This document shows positions 1-9,544 of a DNA stretch of 39,833 nt, piece after piece. The position numbers and the translations under genes are program-made. Origin of the DNA: an uncultured Methanosarcinales archaeon. Its GTDB lineage: Archaea > Nanobdellota > Nanobdellia > Woesearchaeales > CAZPJY01. The notes beneath the pieces are model-generated. The model worked only from the letters and a program-made list of their open reading frames with translations. It made no database searches and had not been told where the DNA came from. Location: assembly GCA_964587045.1 (NCBI GenBank), contig CAZPJY010000018.1, forward strand, positions 1 through 39,833. The letters run 5' to 3'. Numbering within the stretch: position 1 is the stretch's first letter; each line of letters begins with the position of its first letter.

Positions 1-179
1 TCCACGAGCCACCACACGCCGCAGCCTCCAAGCGTTATCAGCTTCAGGATCCCGAGACCGATGTGGCCCATGATGAACCTATCAACGCCGAGGGAGCCGA
101 ACAGTATTGACATGACCAGCACAAGAACCCAATTGACTTTCTTATCCTTATTGCGACTAGTGTCCGCTTTCTTAGCCAT
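1..179 (-). CDS. TM2 domain membrane protein (3'-truncated by window edge)
   Basis: Manual translation from ATG at 179: MAKKADTSRNKDKKVNWVLVLVMSILFGSLGVDRFIMGHIGLGILKLITLGGCGVWWLV. It contains the TM2 signature GxLGxDRF..G..GLG..KL.TLGG.G.WW. Not in the ORF track because it runs off the edge. Confidence 0.85.
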   Translation of the reverse strand, partial: MAKKADTSRNKDKKVNWVLVLVMSILFGSLGVDRFIMGHIGLGILKLITLGGCGVWWLV

Positions 180-205
180 AATCCGCGATACCGTTATTTT
201 CTTAT

Positions 206-1546
206 TTAAACCTTTCGCGGCAGGAGGTAGAGAATGACGTCGCCGACGTTCGTTCCGGTCTCGCCTGTCATGATCAGCGAGCCGCCAGCCTTGGCAAACA
301 AGGTGTTGGTGTCGAAGAATTCTATAGCGGTGCTGACTTCCTGCTCAGGAATCCTCGGGACCATGGTGCAGTCCACCATCGCCCCTGCCACGTCGCGGAT
401 GAAATCGGAGCCGTCGGTGCCGACAGACGCGCACAGCCAGTCGTTTGGGTAGCCTCTCATCTCCTTCAACGTTACGGCTGCGTAGTGCTGGTTCCTCCCG
501 CCCTTGCCGTGGCTCTCGGGTATGATCACAGTGGTCTCGCCTCCTATGAGCACTGCCTCAACTGACTGGTACTTGCCCTGCTTTATCTCACCTGCGCGCT
601 GCCGGGCCATCCCGGCCGCGTCGCCCTTCTGTGTCGAGGTTATTATGTGGGCTGCGAAGTTCAGTCCTTCTGCTGCGTCAGCCATGGCGTTGAGGGCCTG
701 CTTCACGTCGCTGATGATGTAATTGGCGCAGTTTTCAAGCTTCCCAGGCGTGTCCGGGATCTCGCCGGAATCCCCCTTCTTGAGGTGTTTGATCACAGAT
801 TGAGGGGCGGATCCGAGCAGGTCGTACTTTTCAAGCACTCCCAAAGCGTCACCGAAAGTGGTGGAGTCAGTTGCTGTAGGGCCTGATGCTATTGCGTTGA
901 GATCATTCCCGATCACATCAGATATGATCAGGGTCAGGACGGTCGCCGGAGCGAAGAACTTTCCCAGCCTGCCCCCTTTCAGCCTTGATAGGTGCCTGCG
1001 CACAATGTTTATCTCGTGGATCTCAGCCCCGCAGGAGAGCAGCTTCCTGGTCAGGCCCTGGGCGTCTGCGAGGCTCACTCCGTCAACAGGGGCAGGCATC
1101 AGAGCCGAGCCCCCTCCTGATAAAAGGCAGAGGACGATGTCGTCTGCTCCTATGGAGTGGCGCTCCTTGAGCCCGAATATCTCGGATACGCCTTCCATCC
1201 CCCTCTCGTCGGGGACCGGGTGGCCTGCGAGGTTGACCTTGACCTTGCTGGTCTGATACGAGCCGCCTTTGGTGTTGACCACTCCCGCCTCGATGTTCTC
1301 CGGTCTGACGATGCGCTCTACTTCGACTGCCATCGCGCCAGAGGCCTTGCCTCCGCCCACGACGAATATCCTTCCGTTTGCGGCGTACTCGTCATTCCGG
1401 ACCCTCAGCACTCTCGAAGTTGCGTCGTAGAGGAGGGTGGATTCCATTACCGAACGCGGCAGCACCGAGATGAGGCCGGCTTCGATGATCGCGACAGCGG
1501 CCTTGCGAAGCTCGCTCGTCGACAGCTCATCGCTGTTCTTGATCAT
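206..1546 (-). CDS. Glycerate 2-kinase (DUF4147/MOFRL family)
   Basis: Motifs GGGKAS, GHPVPD, LLSGGGSAL, KGGRL, SDVIG, IASGPT, GGETTV, GGRNQ, GTDGSD and TGTNVGD. Confidence 0.92.
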   Translation of the reverse strand: MIKNSDELSTSELRKAAVAIIEAGLISVLPRSVMESTLLYDATSRVLRVRNDEYAANGRIFVVGGGKASGAMAVEVERIVRPENIEAGVVNTKGGSYQTSKVKVNLAGHPVPDERGMEGVSEIFGLKERHSIGADDIVLCLLSGGGSALMPAPVDGVSLADAQGLTRKLLSCGAEIHEINIVRRHLSRLKGGRLGKFFAPATVLTLIISDVIGNDLNAIASGPTATDSTTFGDALGVLEKYDLLGSAPQSVIKHLKKGDSGEIPDTPGKLENCANYIISDVKQALNAMADAAEGLNFAAHIITSTQKGDAAGMARQRAGEIKQGKYQSVEAVLIGGETTVIIPESHGKGGRNQHYAAVTLKEMRGYPNDWLCASVGTDGSDFIRDVAGAMVDCTMVPRIPEQEVSTAIEFFDTNTLFAKAGGSLIMTGETGTNVGDVILYLLPRKV

Positions 1547-1705
1547 GAGCCAACTTGGGAGAGGATGCTATAAATAATTTCCGAAAGGCTTACCCAGCAT
1601 ACGTAACCGCGGTGGAGCTGATAGCAGAAAGGAGGATTGTCTTGGATCAAGGCCCTTGCCCCAGGACTGTCTTCCTCGATTGAGTGCCACTCCCCTACAA
1701 GGGAG

Positions 1706-2722
1706 TCAGTTGAAGCCTTCCAGAGTGAGGACCACGTCGCGAGCCATGCTGAACTGGTCAATCCTCTTCTTGTTGGAGTGAGGGAGCCTTTGGCGCAGGT
1801 AGTTCTCCTGCCTGCCTTGCTCGTCAATGAAGGTGTAGTTGGCCAAGCGCTCGAACTGCCTTTTCAGGTAGGGCTTCTTGAGCAGGTCTTGGTTGAGGAT
1901 GCGCTCAATCCTGATCTGGTACGGCACGCGGACGTGCCTGTCCCCGACGCGTCTTACCTCCTCGGAGAAGGCGACCCTACCCCATATGTAATTCATCATG
2001 GGCTGCCTCAAGAACTCAATCCGCTTTTCCACGCTTTGCCTTGCGTCATCGCTCTTTGGGAGCCTCACGTCCATGCTCCTTACCTTGTGGTAGGGGCTCT
2101 CGTTTAGGCTGTGGAGGGTCAGGAGAGCGTAGGTGGACTCGTAGCCCTGCATAAGGTAGTTGAGCATGTTGGCGAGCGGTCCGTTGTCATGGGCGCGCAT
2201 AGGGTGGTAATATGTCTTGCCGTCTTTGGCTATTACTTTTATCCTGTCGTGATCCCTCTCGAACTCCGCAGACAGCGTGTTTTTTTCAAAGTCAATTACA
2301 GAATAGTTTTCTGTGAAGTAGAAGCCCTCATGACAGACCATCTTCTCCCTTATCAGGTTGTCCAGTCCGAGTGATGAGGGGTCCAAGGCCTTCTTCAGGA
2401 GGAGCATTTTGTCAGTCAATAGCTGATCTGAGAACACATCGCTGATTCTGAACTCCGCAACGACCTTCTTGGGATTTCGGAGGTACGGCTTGTACTTCAT
2501 GCTGATGCCTGCTTTTACGGTTGCGGTGAAAAGCGAGGTGTCCTTCTTGGCTGATATGACATAGTCGAGCGAGAGCGGCTCATTCATGGGAACGCCTGTT
2601 CGGGATAGCTTGTCAGCGAGCTCTGACGCCTCGCTGCTTGCAGCTAGGGATATGAAAGGTGACAGGAGAACAGCAGAACCGAAAATCTTGATGAAGTCTC
2701 TTCTGTGCATGTTGTCGCTCAC
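1706..2722 (-). CDS. Hypothetical exported protein with twin-arginine-like signal
   Basis: 338 aa ORF. N-terminus HRRDFIKIFGSAVLLSPFISLAA; start is GTG 2722 or ATG 2710. TATA-like TTTTATAAA upstream. Confidence 0.65.
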   Translation of the reverse strand: MSDNMHRRDFIKIFGSAVLLSPFISLAASSEASELADKLSRTGVPMNEPLSLDYVISAKKDTSLFTATVKAGISMKYKPYLRNPKKVVAEFRISDVFSDQLLTDKMLLLKKALDPSSLGLDNLIREKMVCHEGFYFTENYSVIDFEKNTLSAEFERDHDRIKVIAKDGKTYYHPMRAHDNGPLANMLNYLMQGYESTYALLTLHSLNESPYHKVRSMDVRLPKSDDARQSVEKRIEFLRQPMMNYIWGRVAFSEEVRRVGDRHVRVPYQIRIERILNQDLLKKPYLKRQFERLANYTFIDEQGRQENYLRQRLPHSNKKRIDQFSMARDVVLTLEGFN

Positions 2723-2826
2723 AACCCTGGGTTCCTAACGGGATTTATAAAAAGGTTTCGCAATCAGATTATTGACCGATGTTTTCCACTATATAGTAGT
2801 TAATTTAGTAAGTTTTTTAAATAGAG

Positions 2827-3591
2827 GTGCAAATCACCAACGGCATGAAATTCGAACCAGACCCGTTCCTCGCCAAGTACATCTTACAAAGTGATGTAAA
2901 ATTGAAGGGTTCCATAACCAAGATGGACCTCTCACTGAGATTCAAAAAGAAGCACGACGACCTGTCGCTGATCCAGCGCCTCCTGTACTCAAACGAAATC
3001 GAGGTGCTGAAAAAGAAAGACGACCGGATGTGGGGCAGGGCCGGAGACATCGGCTCATTCCACCTAAAGGTGGCATACAGAAAATATGATGACAGCACTG
3101 TAGCGCGACTTCAACTCCGGTCCGAAGAAGAGGGCGTAAGCAGGTTCATGAAGATGCTCAACCAGTACGCATCAGCCTATGAGGGAGAGAACTTTTACGC
3201 TCCCACAGGGGAAAGCATGCCAATCCAGGAGGTACTGCCCAACTTTAATTATCTTTCTTTCCTCCGTTTGAGAAGTGTTGATACAGAAAAATGGGGTGTC
3301 GCAAAGGTTCTCCTTTGCGACGACAAGATCAAAAAACAAACCAAGTTCGACAAACCGAAGTTTTTCGCATTGTTCGGAGAAAAGGGGCTTCCCTCAGACA
3401 AAGTAAAAATGACCAGGTCAATGGTCTACTACAAATTAAACAGCGAGAAAAACCGGTACAAATTCAAAATTAGCAAAGAACCGGGTTGGTTTACCAATCT
3501 CGAAATGAAATGCTACACAATAGATGACCACTCACCCTTAATCAAGCTACTGGAAGTGATGAGGGACTATTGCCCAGACGGACCAAAATGA
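2827..3591 (+). CDS. Hypothetical Lys-rich protein
   Basis: 254 aa ORF, visibly more AT-rich than its neighbours. ATGA overlap with the downstream HAD gene. Start uncertain. Confidence 0.65.
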   Translation: MQITNGMKFEPDPFLAKYILQSDVKLKGSITKMDLSLRFKKKHDDLSLIQRLLYSNEIEVLKKKDDRMWGRAGDIGSFHLKVAYRKYDDSTVARLQLRSEEEGVSRFMKMLNQYASAYEGENFYAPTGESMPIQEVLPNFNYLSFLRLRSVDTEKWGVAKVLLCDDKIKKQTKFDKPKFFALFGEKGLPSDKVKMTRSMVYYKLNSEKNRYKFKISKEPGWFTNLEMKCYTIDDHSPLIKLLEVMRDYCPDGPK

Positions 3592-4211
3592 GATATGAAG
3601 CGGCGATATTCGACCTGGACGGCACGCTCGTCGACACCAAGCCCGACTACCGCTACACTCTCGTGAGGATGGTCCTGGGTTCTTTTGGCATGGACGCAAA
3701 GGATGAGGTCATAGACCTCTTCTGGTACGGCACCCACCGCAACGGCATCATCAGCTCAGAATTCAAGCTGGAGCCGTCAGATTTCTGGAGGATTTACCAA
3801 AAATACGAGACGCCGCAGTTGAGGTCCCGCTACATCCAAGCGTACTCGGATGTCGGCTCTCTTAGGGAGCTCAAAGGGATGGGAATCCCCATAGGAGTGG
3901 TTACCAGCGCGCGGCGCGACATCGCGGAGCTCGAGCTGGCCCTGGTGGGCCGCGAACTGGTTGACGAGCTGGTGCTGACGAGAGCTGAAGAGGGATCCAT
4001 AAGCAAGCCCAACCCCCACGGCCTGCAGGTCTGCATGGAAAGACTTGGCACGCGCGACACGCCCTACGTCGGCAACGCTGACGAGGATATCATCATGGCC
4101 AAGTGTGAGGGAATAGACTCTATAAACATAGACAGGGGAGAGGTGGCCCTCACACAGAAGCCCAAAATGAGGATCAGGAGCCTCGACCAGCTACTGCATT
4201 TCTACCGTTGA
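3588..4211 (+). CDS. HAD-superfamily hydrolase (phosphoglycolate phosphatase-like)
   Basis: Motif I IFDLDGTLVDT, motif II VVTS, motif III KPNP, motif IV-like YVGNADED. ATG at 3588 overlaps the upstream stop. Confidence 0.9.
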   Translation: MRYEAAIFDLDGTLVDTKPDYRYTLVRMVLGSFGMDAKDEVIDLFWYGTHRNGIISSEFKLEPSDFWRIYQKYETPQLRSRYIQAYSDVGSLRELKGMGIPIGVVTSARRDIAELELALVGRELVDELVLTRAEEGSISKPNPHGLQVCMERLGTRDTPYVGNADEDIIMAKCEGIDSINIDRGEVALTQKPKMRIRSLDQLLHFYR

Positions 4212-4941
4212 AGCGCCTGTAGCCGTCCCTCTCGATCTCTTCCAGGAGCTGGAGCCCTCCTGATTCGACGATCCTCCCGTCGTACATCACGTGGACGTGG
4301 TCCGGCCTGAGGTAGTTGAGGATGCGCTGGTAGTGGGTGATCACCAGGACCGACATGTCAGGGCGCTCATGCTTGGCCCTCTTGACCTCGCAGGTGACGA
4401 TCCTCAGCGCGTCGACATCAAGGCCTGAGTCCGTCTCGTCGAGGATGGCGAGCTTGGGCTCGAGCACGCTCATCTGCAGCATCTCAGATTTCTTCCGCTC
4501 GCCGCCTGAGAAGTTGACGTTCAGCGAGCGCTTGAGGAAGCCGTCTGCCACCTCGAGCTGCTGGGCCTTCTCCTGAAGCTCGCGGTGGAACTGGACCGCC
4601 GAGCCCTTGTAGCCGTGGGACTCTGCCGACGTGCGCAGGAAGCGCTCTATTGGAACGCCGGGCACGTCTTCGGGATGCTGGAAAGACAGGAACATGCCGA
4701 GCCTCGCCCTCTCGTCGGGGCTCATGCCGAGAACGTCCTTTCCGCCGTACGTGATGGAGCCGCCTGTGACCTCGTAGTCCGGGTGGCCCATTATGGCGTA
4801 GCTAAGGGTGCTCTTGCCAGAGCCGTTCGGCCCCATCAGGGCGTGGAACTCTCCCTGCTTTATCACCAGATTGATGCCTTTTAGTATCTCCTTGCCTTTC
4901 ACGGCAACTCTCAAATCCTTTATCTTCAGCTCCAAACCCAT
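4174..4941 (-). CDS. sufC: Fe-S cluster assembly ATPase SufC
   Basis: Walker A GPNGSGKST, FSGGERKK signature, LDETDSGLDVDAL, ITHYQRILNY. GGTGA ribosome-binding site before ATG 4941. Confidence 0.95.
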   Translation of the reverse strand: MGLELKIKDLRVAVKGKEILKGINLVIKQGEFHALMGPNGSGKSTLSYAIMGHPDYEVTGGSITYGGKDVLGMSPDERARLGMFLSFQHPEDVPGVPIERFLRTSAESHGYKGSAVQFHRELQEKAQQLEVADGFLKRSLNVNFSGGERKKSEMLQMSVLEPKLAILDETDSGLDVDALRIVTCEVKRAKHERPDMSVLVITHYQRILNYLRPDHVHVMYDGRIVESGGLQLLEEIERDGYRRFNGRNAVAGRGS

Positions 4942-4946
4942 TCTTA

Positions 4947-6122
4947 TCACCTTAGGATCTTGATAGCGTCGGCCAGGCCGCCTATCAGCGCGTCGACGTC
5001 GGCCTTGTTGTTGTAAAGGTACAATGAAACGCGGTTGGTGCCGCTGAGCCCCAGCTTGGCCACGAGCGGAGCCGCACAGTGATGGCCTGACCTGATGCTG
5101 ATGTTCCTCTGAGCGAGCAGCGTCGCCACGTCGTGGTACGAAGCGCCCTCGACATCGAACGAGATGATGCCGTTGGCCTGCTTCGGCCCCAGAAGGGTCA
5201 CACCGTCGAGACCGCTTAGCCCGTCCCTTGCGTACCTGGCAAGCTCGTCCTCAATGCGTCCCACCAGGGCCATGCTGATTCTTGATAGGTATCTCACAGC
5301 CTCCGCAAAGCCCGCAGCGCCGGCTATGTTGGGAGTGCCTGCCTCGAACCTGACAGGCATGGGCCCCCATGCGGCGCCGTATGAGGTCACGTCCCCGACC
5401 ATCCCGCCTCCCGTCTGGTAAGGGGCCATTGACTCCCACACCTCGGGCCTGGCCCAGAGCGCGCCTATCCCTGTTGGCCCGAGCATCTTGTGGGCTGAGA
5501 ACGCGAGCATGTCTATGCCAAGCGCCTTGACGTCGACGGGCCTGTGTGCCACCAGCTGAGCGCCGTCCACGAGCACCGCCGCGCCGCTTTCGTGCGCCGT
5601 CCTGGCTATGCTCTTTATGTCTGGCCTGACGCCTAGCACGTTTGACATCCCGCTTACCGCGACCAGCCGGGTCTTTGGGGTTATGTATCGGGACGGGTCC
5701 TTGAGGTTGCCTTCGGAGTCGATGTCGACGACCTTCAGCCTCAGCCCCTTGGCCTTCGCCGCCTGCTGCCATGGGATCAGGTTGGAATGGTGCTCGAGCA
5801 TCGTGCTCACCACCTCATCGCCTTTCGAGAAGGGGAAGGAGCTCGCTGCGAGGTTTATGCTCTCAGTCGCGCCCTTGGTGAAGACCAGGTCCTCGGGCCG
5901 CGCGTTGATGAACCGGGCCACGGTTTTCCTGGCGTCCTCGTACAGCCCAGTGGCCTTCTGGGAGAGCGGGTACGCCGCTCGGTGGACGTTTGCGTACGAT
6001 TCCCTGTAGACGCGTGAGACAGCCTCTATGACCTGGGCCGGCTTTTGGGACGTCGAGGCGGAGTCCAGGTAAACCAGGCCTTTCACGTTCTGGAATATGG
6101 GAAAGTCGCTCCTCAAGTCCAT
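4947..6122 (-). CDS. sufS: Cysteine desulfurase SufS
   Basis: YLDSASTSQKP, EHHSN, DGAQ, FSAHKMLGPTG (PLP Lys), FEAGTP and RSGHHCA (group II catalytic Cys). Likely start MDLRSDFP at 6122 after GGAGGTG. Confidence 0.93.
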   Translation of the reverse strand: MDLRSDFPIFQNVKGLVYLDSASTSQKPAQVIEAVSRVYRESYANVHRAAYPLSQKATGLYEDARKTVARFINARPEDLVFTKGATESINLAASSFPFSKGDEVVSTMLEHHSNLIPWQQAAKAKGLRLKVVDIDSEGNLKDPSRYITPKTRLVAVSGMSNVLGVRPDIKSIARTAHESGAAVLVDGAQLVAHRPVDVKALGIDMLAFSAHKMLGPTGIGALWARPEVWESMAPYQTGGGMVGDVTSYGAAWGPMPVRFEAGTPNIAGAAGFAEAVRYLSRISMALVGRIEDELARYARDGLSGLDGVTLLGPKQANGIISFDVEGASYHDVATLLAQRNISIRSGHHCAAPLVAKLGLSGTNRVSLYLYNNKADVDALIGGLADAIKILR

Positions 6123-7093
6123 CCCAGGCCACCTCCCAGTATCTTTTCGAGCTCCAAGTTTCCGATCTTGGACAGCAGGTCCGTTGCCGCGCCTTTCCTG
6201 ATCAGGCTGACCGCCTCGTCGCCTGCAATGCCCCTGCTCTCGATGTAGAACAGCTGCTCCCTGCTGGGCCTTGAGATGGCCACTGCGTGGCTGCACTTCA
6301 CCTCATCGTTGTGTATCTCCAGGTCGGGCACTGCCTTGACTCTCGCGCCGTCGGACAGTATCAGGCTCTCGTGCCTTTGGAAGCCTTCTGAGCCGAATGC
6401 GTCCTGCCCTATGTTTATGAGGCCCCTGAATATCCCTTGGGCCGACCCGCCGAGCACGTACCTGCCTGTGATGCCTGAATTCGTCCGCCTGGCCTGGTTG
6501 TACATCCTGACGTGGTTCTCGAGCTTGGATGCGCCCTCCTTTACTCCGAGCAGCAGGCTACGCGCGCTTGAGCCCTCGCCCGATAGGTAGGTCGTCTCCT
6601 CGCTTATGGATGTGCCCGAGCCTGTGTCGACGTGGGCCCAGGTGATCTTCGCGTCCTCTTCGAGCCTCGCCGCGCGCTTGCTTATGAAGAGCGAATGCTC
6701 TCCTGAGTGGAGGACTCCGACATGAAGCCTTGCGCCCCTGCCGACGAATATCTCCAGGTACTGGGAGTGGAATGCCCTGCCCCCGCTCCTGAGCAGGAGG
6801 GTTGCGCTGATGCCGGGGGCGACGTCGACGAGCACCGACTCCACAGCATCCGTGTCGCCTGAGAAGGGCAGCTCGTAGAACCCGTCCCGCGCGAGGCGGA
6901 CCAGGACCCCTGTGTTCCTCTGTTCGTAGTGGAATTTCGAGATCGCATCGTCGCTCGGTATCAGAGTGCCCAGCCTTGGGTCGTCGAGGGGGAAGAAGAC
7001 CTCGTTGTCGATCGCGGGGTGGTCGAACGAGCCTGCTACCTCGGGCAGCTTCACATTGTCCTTCAGGCTCTGTATCCCGAGGGAGTAGTTCAT
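6113..7093 (-). CDS. sufD: SufD family Fe-S assembly protein
   Basis: C-terminal FRGLINI, PDLEIHNDEVKCSHA and LFYIESRGI. Lies between sufB and sufS. Confidence 0.85.
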   Translation of the reverse strand: MNYSLGIQSLKDNVKLPEVAGSFDHPAIDNEVFFPLDDPRLGTLIPSDDAISKFHYEQRNTGVLVRLARDGFYELPFSGDTDAVESVLVDVAPGISATLLLRSGGRAFHSQYLEIFVGRGARLHVGVLHSGEHSLFISKRAARLEEDAKITWAHVDTGSGTSISEETTYLSGEGSSARSLLLGVKEGASKLENHVRMYNQARRTNSGITGRYVLGGSAQGIFRGLINIGQDAFGSEGFQRHESLILSDGARVKAVPDLEIHNDEVKCSHAVAISRPSREQLFYIESRGIAGDEAVSLIRKGAATDLLSKIGNLELEKILGGGLGWT

Positions 7094-8487
7094 CCTAGGC
7101 TCCCCTCGATCTCCAGTTCGATGAGCTTGTTCAGCTCGACGGCGTATTCTAGGGGGAGCTGCTTGACTATGGGCTCGATGAAGCCGAGCACTATCATCTT
7201 GGTCGCCTCCTCCTCGGTCATCCCGCGCGACTGCAGGTAGAAAATCTTTTCCTGGCTAATCTTTCCGGTCGTGGCCTCATGCGCTATCGTGCATGTCGGG
7301 TTGTCGGCTATGATGCCGGGGTAGGTGACGGACTGCGAGAGGTTGTCCATCATGAGGGCGTCGCAGTTGACCGAAACGTTGGCGTTGTCTGCGCTCCTGG
7401 TGATATGGACCAGCCCCCTGTAGCCGGCAATCCCGCCCCCTGAGGATATCGACTTGGACTGGATGGTGGAGGAGGTGTCCTTCCCGACGTGTACGGACTT
7501 GGCGCCCACGTCTTGGTGCTGGCCTGGCCCCGCGTAAGCTATGCCCAGCGAAGAGGACGCGGACCTGTCCCCTTTGAGGATGGATGTTGGGTAAAGCATG
7601 GTGGTGCCTGATCCCAGGTTGCCGGAGACCCACTCGATGATGCCGTCTTCGTCGACGACAGCGCGCTTGGTGTTCAGGTTGTAGGTGTTGCGGCTCCAGT
7701 TCTCGACGCTGGAGTAACGGGCGCGTGCCCCCTTCTTGACTATGATTTCGACGCAGCCCGCGTGAAGCGAGCTCGCGTCGTAGAGCGGCGCAGAGCACCC
7801 CTCTATGTAGTGTACCTCCGCGCCCTCGTCCACGATTATCAGGGTGTGCTCGAACTGGCCGGCACGTTTGGCGTTCATGCGGAAGTAGGACTGAAGCGGC
7901 TTTCCGACCTTCACTCCCTTCGGCACGTAGATGAAGGTGCCTCCGCTCCAGACAGCAGCGTGGAGCATGGTGAACTTGTGCAGCGTGACCGGGACAGCCT
8001 TCTTCATGAAGTGCTCCCTCACCAGGCTCTCATGTTCCTTCAGCGCGACATCCATATCGAGGAAGATGACCCCCTTGTCCTTCAGTTCTTTCAGGATCGA
8101 GTGGTAAATCACGTCGGATTCGTACTGGGCCCCGACGCCTGAGAGCTCCTCCTGTTCTGCCTTGGGTATCCCAAGCCTGTCGAAGGTCTGCTTGATGTCC
8201 GGCGGGACGTCCTCCCACCTGGTCGCGTTGCCTTGCGCGTTGGGCCGCATGAAATACCTGATTTTCGCCAGATCGAGCTTCGAGAGGTCAGGCCCCCACT
8301 TGGGCACCTCAGTGGCCTGGAAGTGGCTTAGGGCTTTTAGCCTGAGCTCAAGCATCCATGCCGGCTCGCTCTTCTGCTTGGATATCTCCCTGACCACTTT
8401 TTCGGTTAGCCCTTCGCCTGCGTCGAACTGCAGGTCCTCAGCATTGGCCCTGTCATACAGTTCCCTGTTCGGAGCTTGCACTGACAT
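7090..8487 (-). CDS. sufB: Fe-S cluster assembly protein SufB
   Basis: GVGAQYESD, WSGGTFIYVPKG, GQFEHTLII, YIEGCSAP, HEATTGKI, FYLQSRG and LPLEYAVELN. Confidence 0.96.
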   Translation of the reverse strand: MSVQAPNRELYDRANAEDLQFDAGEGLTEKVVREISKQKSEPAWMLELRLKALSHFQATEVPKWGPDLSKLDLAKIRYFMRPNAQGNATRWEDVPPDIKQTFDRLGIPKAEQEELSGVGAQYESDVIYHSILKELKDKGVIFLDMDVALKEHESLVREHFMKKAVPVTLHKFTMLHAAVWSGGTFIYVPKGVKVGKPLQSYFRMNAKRAGQFEHTLIIVDEGAEVHYIEGCSAPLYDASSLHAGCVEIIVKKGARARYSSVENWSRNTYNLNTKRAVVDEDGIIEWVSGNLGSGTTMLYPTSILKGDRSASSSLGIAYAGPGQHQDVGAKSVHVGKDTSSTIQSKSISSGGGIAGYRGLVHITRSADNANVSVNCDALMMDNLSQSVTYPGIIADNPTCTIAHEATTGKISQEKIFYLQSRGMTEEEATKMIVLGFIEPIVKQLPLEYAVELNKLIELEIEGSLG

Positions 8488-8642
8488 GGGAGTTAACGAT
8501 AGTTAATTTGTTTATAAAATCTTGGTTTAATGGAAAAAAACCATTTTCTTCCCGTAAATACCTCAAATGCGCCTGCCAACCCATATATATCGATTGTGAC
8601 TACCTTTTAATATAACCTCAGAATCGCGGAGGAGGAAGAAAA

Positions 8643-9539
8643 ATGGAAAACAGCTTGTATATAATAGGTGTTGGAGAGGATATCAACCTCGACGACCTCA
8701 AGGGCGTTGCTTCCCAGATGGGAAAGGTCAATTGTATTGAGATAGGGTCGCTCATCAAGCACCTGGACAGGAAGGACGTCCTCAGGCGACTCCACGTCGA
8801 CCCAAGCTATGAAAACCTTACCGCGATGATATCAGCGGATATCCATTATGCAAGGCTGCGCCGCAAGGGTGACAAGAGTCGCCTCGCAGCCGCTATCAGG
8901 GACCTCAACTTCTCCGCAGAGGACATTTCAGACTACCTCTCGGTCGAGATGGGTGAGGCGTCGGGCAAGATAAAGAAGAAGGTCGAGGAAAAGATGGGCA
9001 AGGCCGTCCAGAAAGCCCGAATAACAGACAGGTTCACGCTCGACTTCATAACAGCCGACCTATTCGAGAATCTCGACGAAGAGAGGATAATCTCCAGGGG
9101 CGCCGGCAGGGACCCGGATTACGACGGCCTCACAGAGCAGTACCTGGACAACCTCCATGGGATCTACATAAAGGAGGGGCAAAAGGACGAAAACTACTGG
9201 TCTGACATGGCAGAGATAGTCGAGAGGCGGTTCACTGACGGTTTCAGAGCGTATGCCATTAAGGAAAATGAGAGGGAATCCAAATGGTATGGCGGGATCT
9301 ACAGGAGGTTCTTCCAAGGCTGCCACCCAGTCGAAGTCGGTTTCAAGGCCGCATTTGGCGCGTTCATCGGCGCCATCCCCTCGAGGAGACCGGCCATAAT
9401 GATTGGCGCAGCGGTGCTTGCGGGCATAATCTCCTCGCTATGTGCAATCGAGCCGTGGCAGGACAGGACCGGGTTCAGAAAAGAGATCAACGCCTGCCAA
9501 AAAGCTCTCAATTCACAATACAAGACCAGAACAGGGTGA
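8643..9539 (+). CDS. Hypothetical protein with C-terminal hydrophobic segments
   Basis: 298 aa ORF with GGAGG RBS and two hydrophobic stretches near the C-terminus. No recognised motif. Confidence 0.65.
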   Translation: MENSLYIIGVGEDINLDDLKGVASQMGKVNCIEIGSLIKHLDRKDVLRRLHVDPSYENLTAMISADIHYARLRRKGDKSRLAAAIRDLNFSAEDISDYLSVEMGEASGKIKKKVEEKMGKAVQKARITDRFTLDFITADLFENLDEERIISRGAGRDPDYDGLTEQYLDNLHGIYIKEGQKDENYWSDMAEIVERRFTDGFRAYAIKENERESKWYGGIYRRFFQGCHPVEVGFKAAFGAFIGAIPSRRPAIMIGAAVLAGIISSLCAIEPWQDRTGFRKEINACQKALNSQYKTRTG

Positions 9540-9544
9540 AAATC

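Noticed and set aside
1543..1827. 94 aa minus-strand ORF or possible ncRNA in the 1547-1705 spacer
   Set aside because: The ORF overlaps a longer gene out of frame and has no motif. No recognisable tRNA or other RNA fold.
6123..6296. N-terminal extension of SufS in the ORF track (similar extensions at 9284, 13076, 15572, 29926 and 34000)
   Set aside because: These extensions overlap neighbouring genes. Downstream ATGs with RBS or TATA support and family-typical N-termini are better starts.
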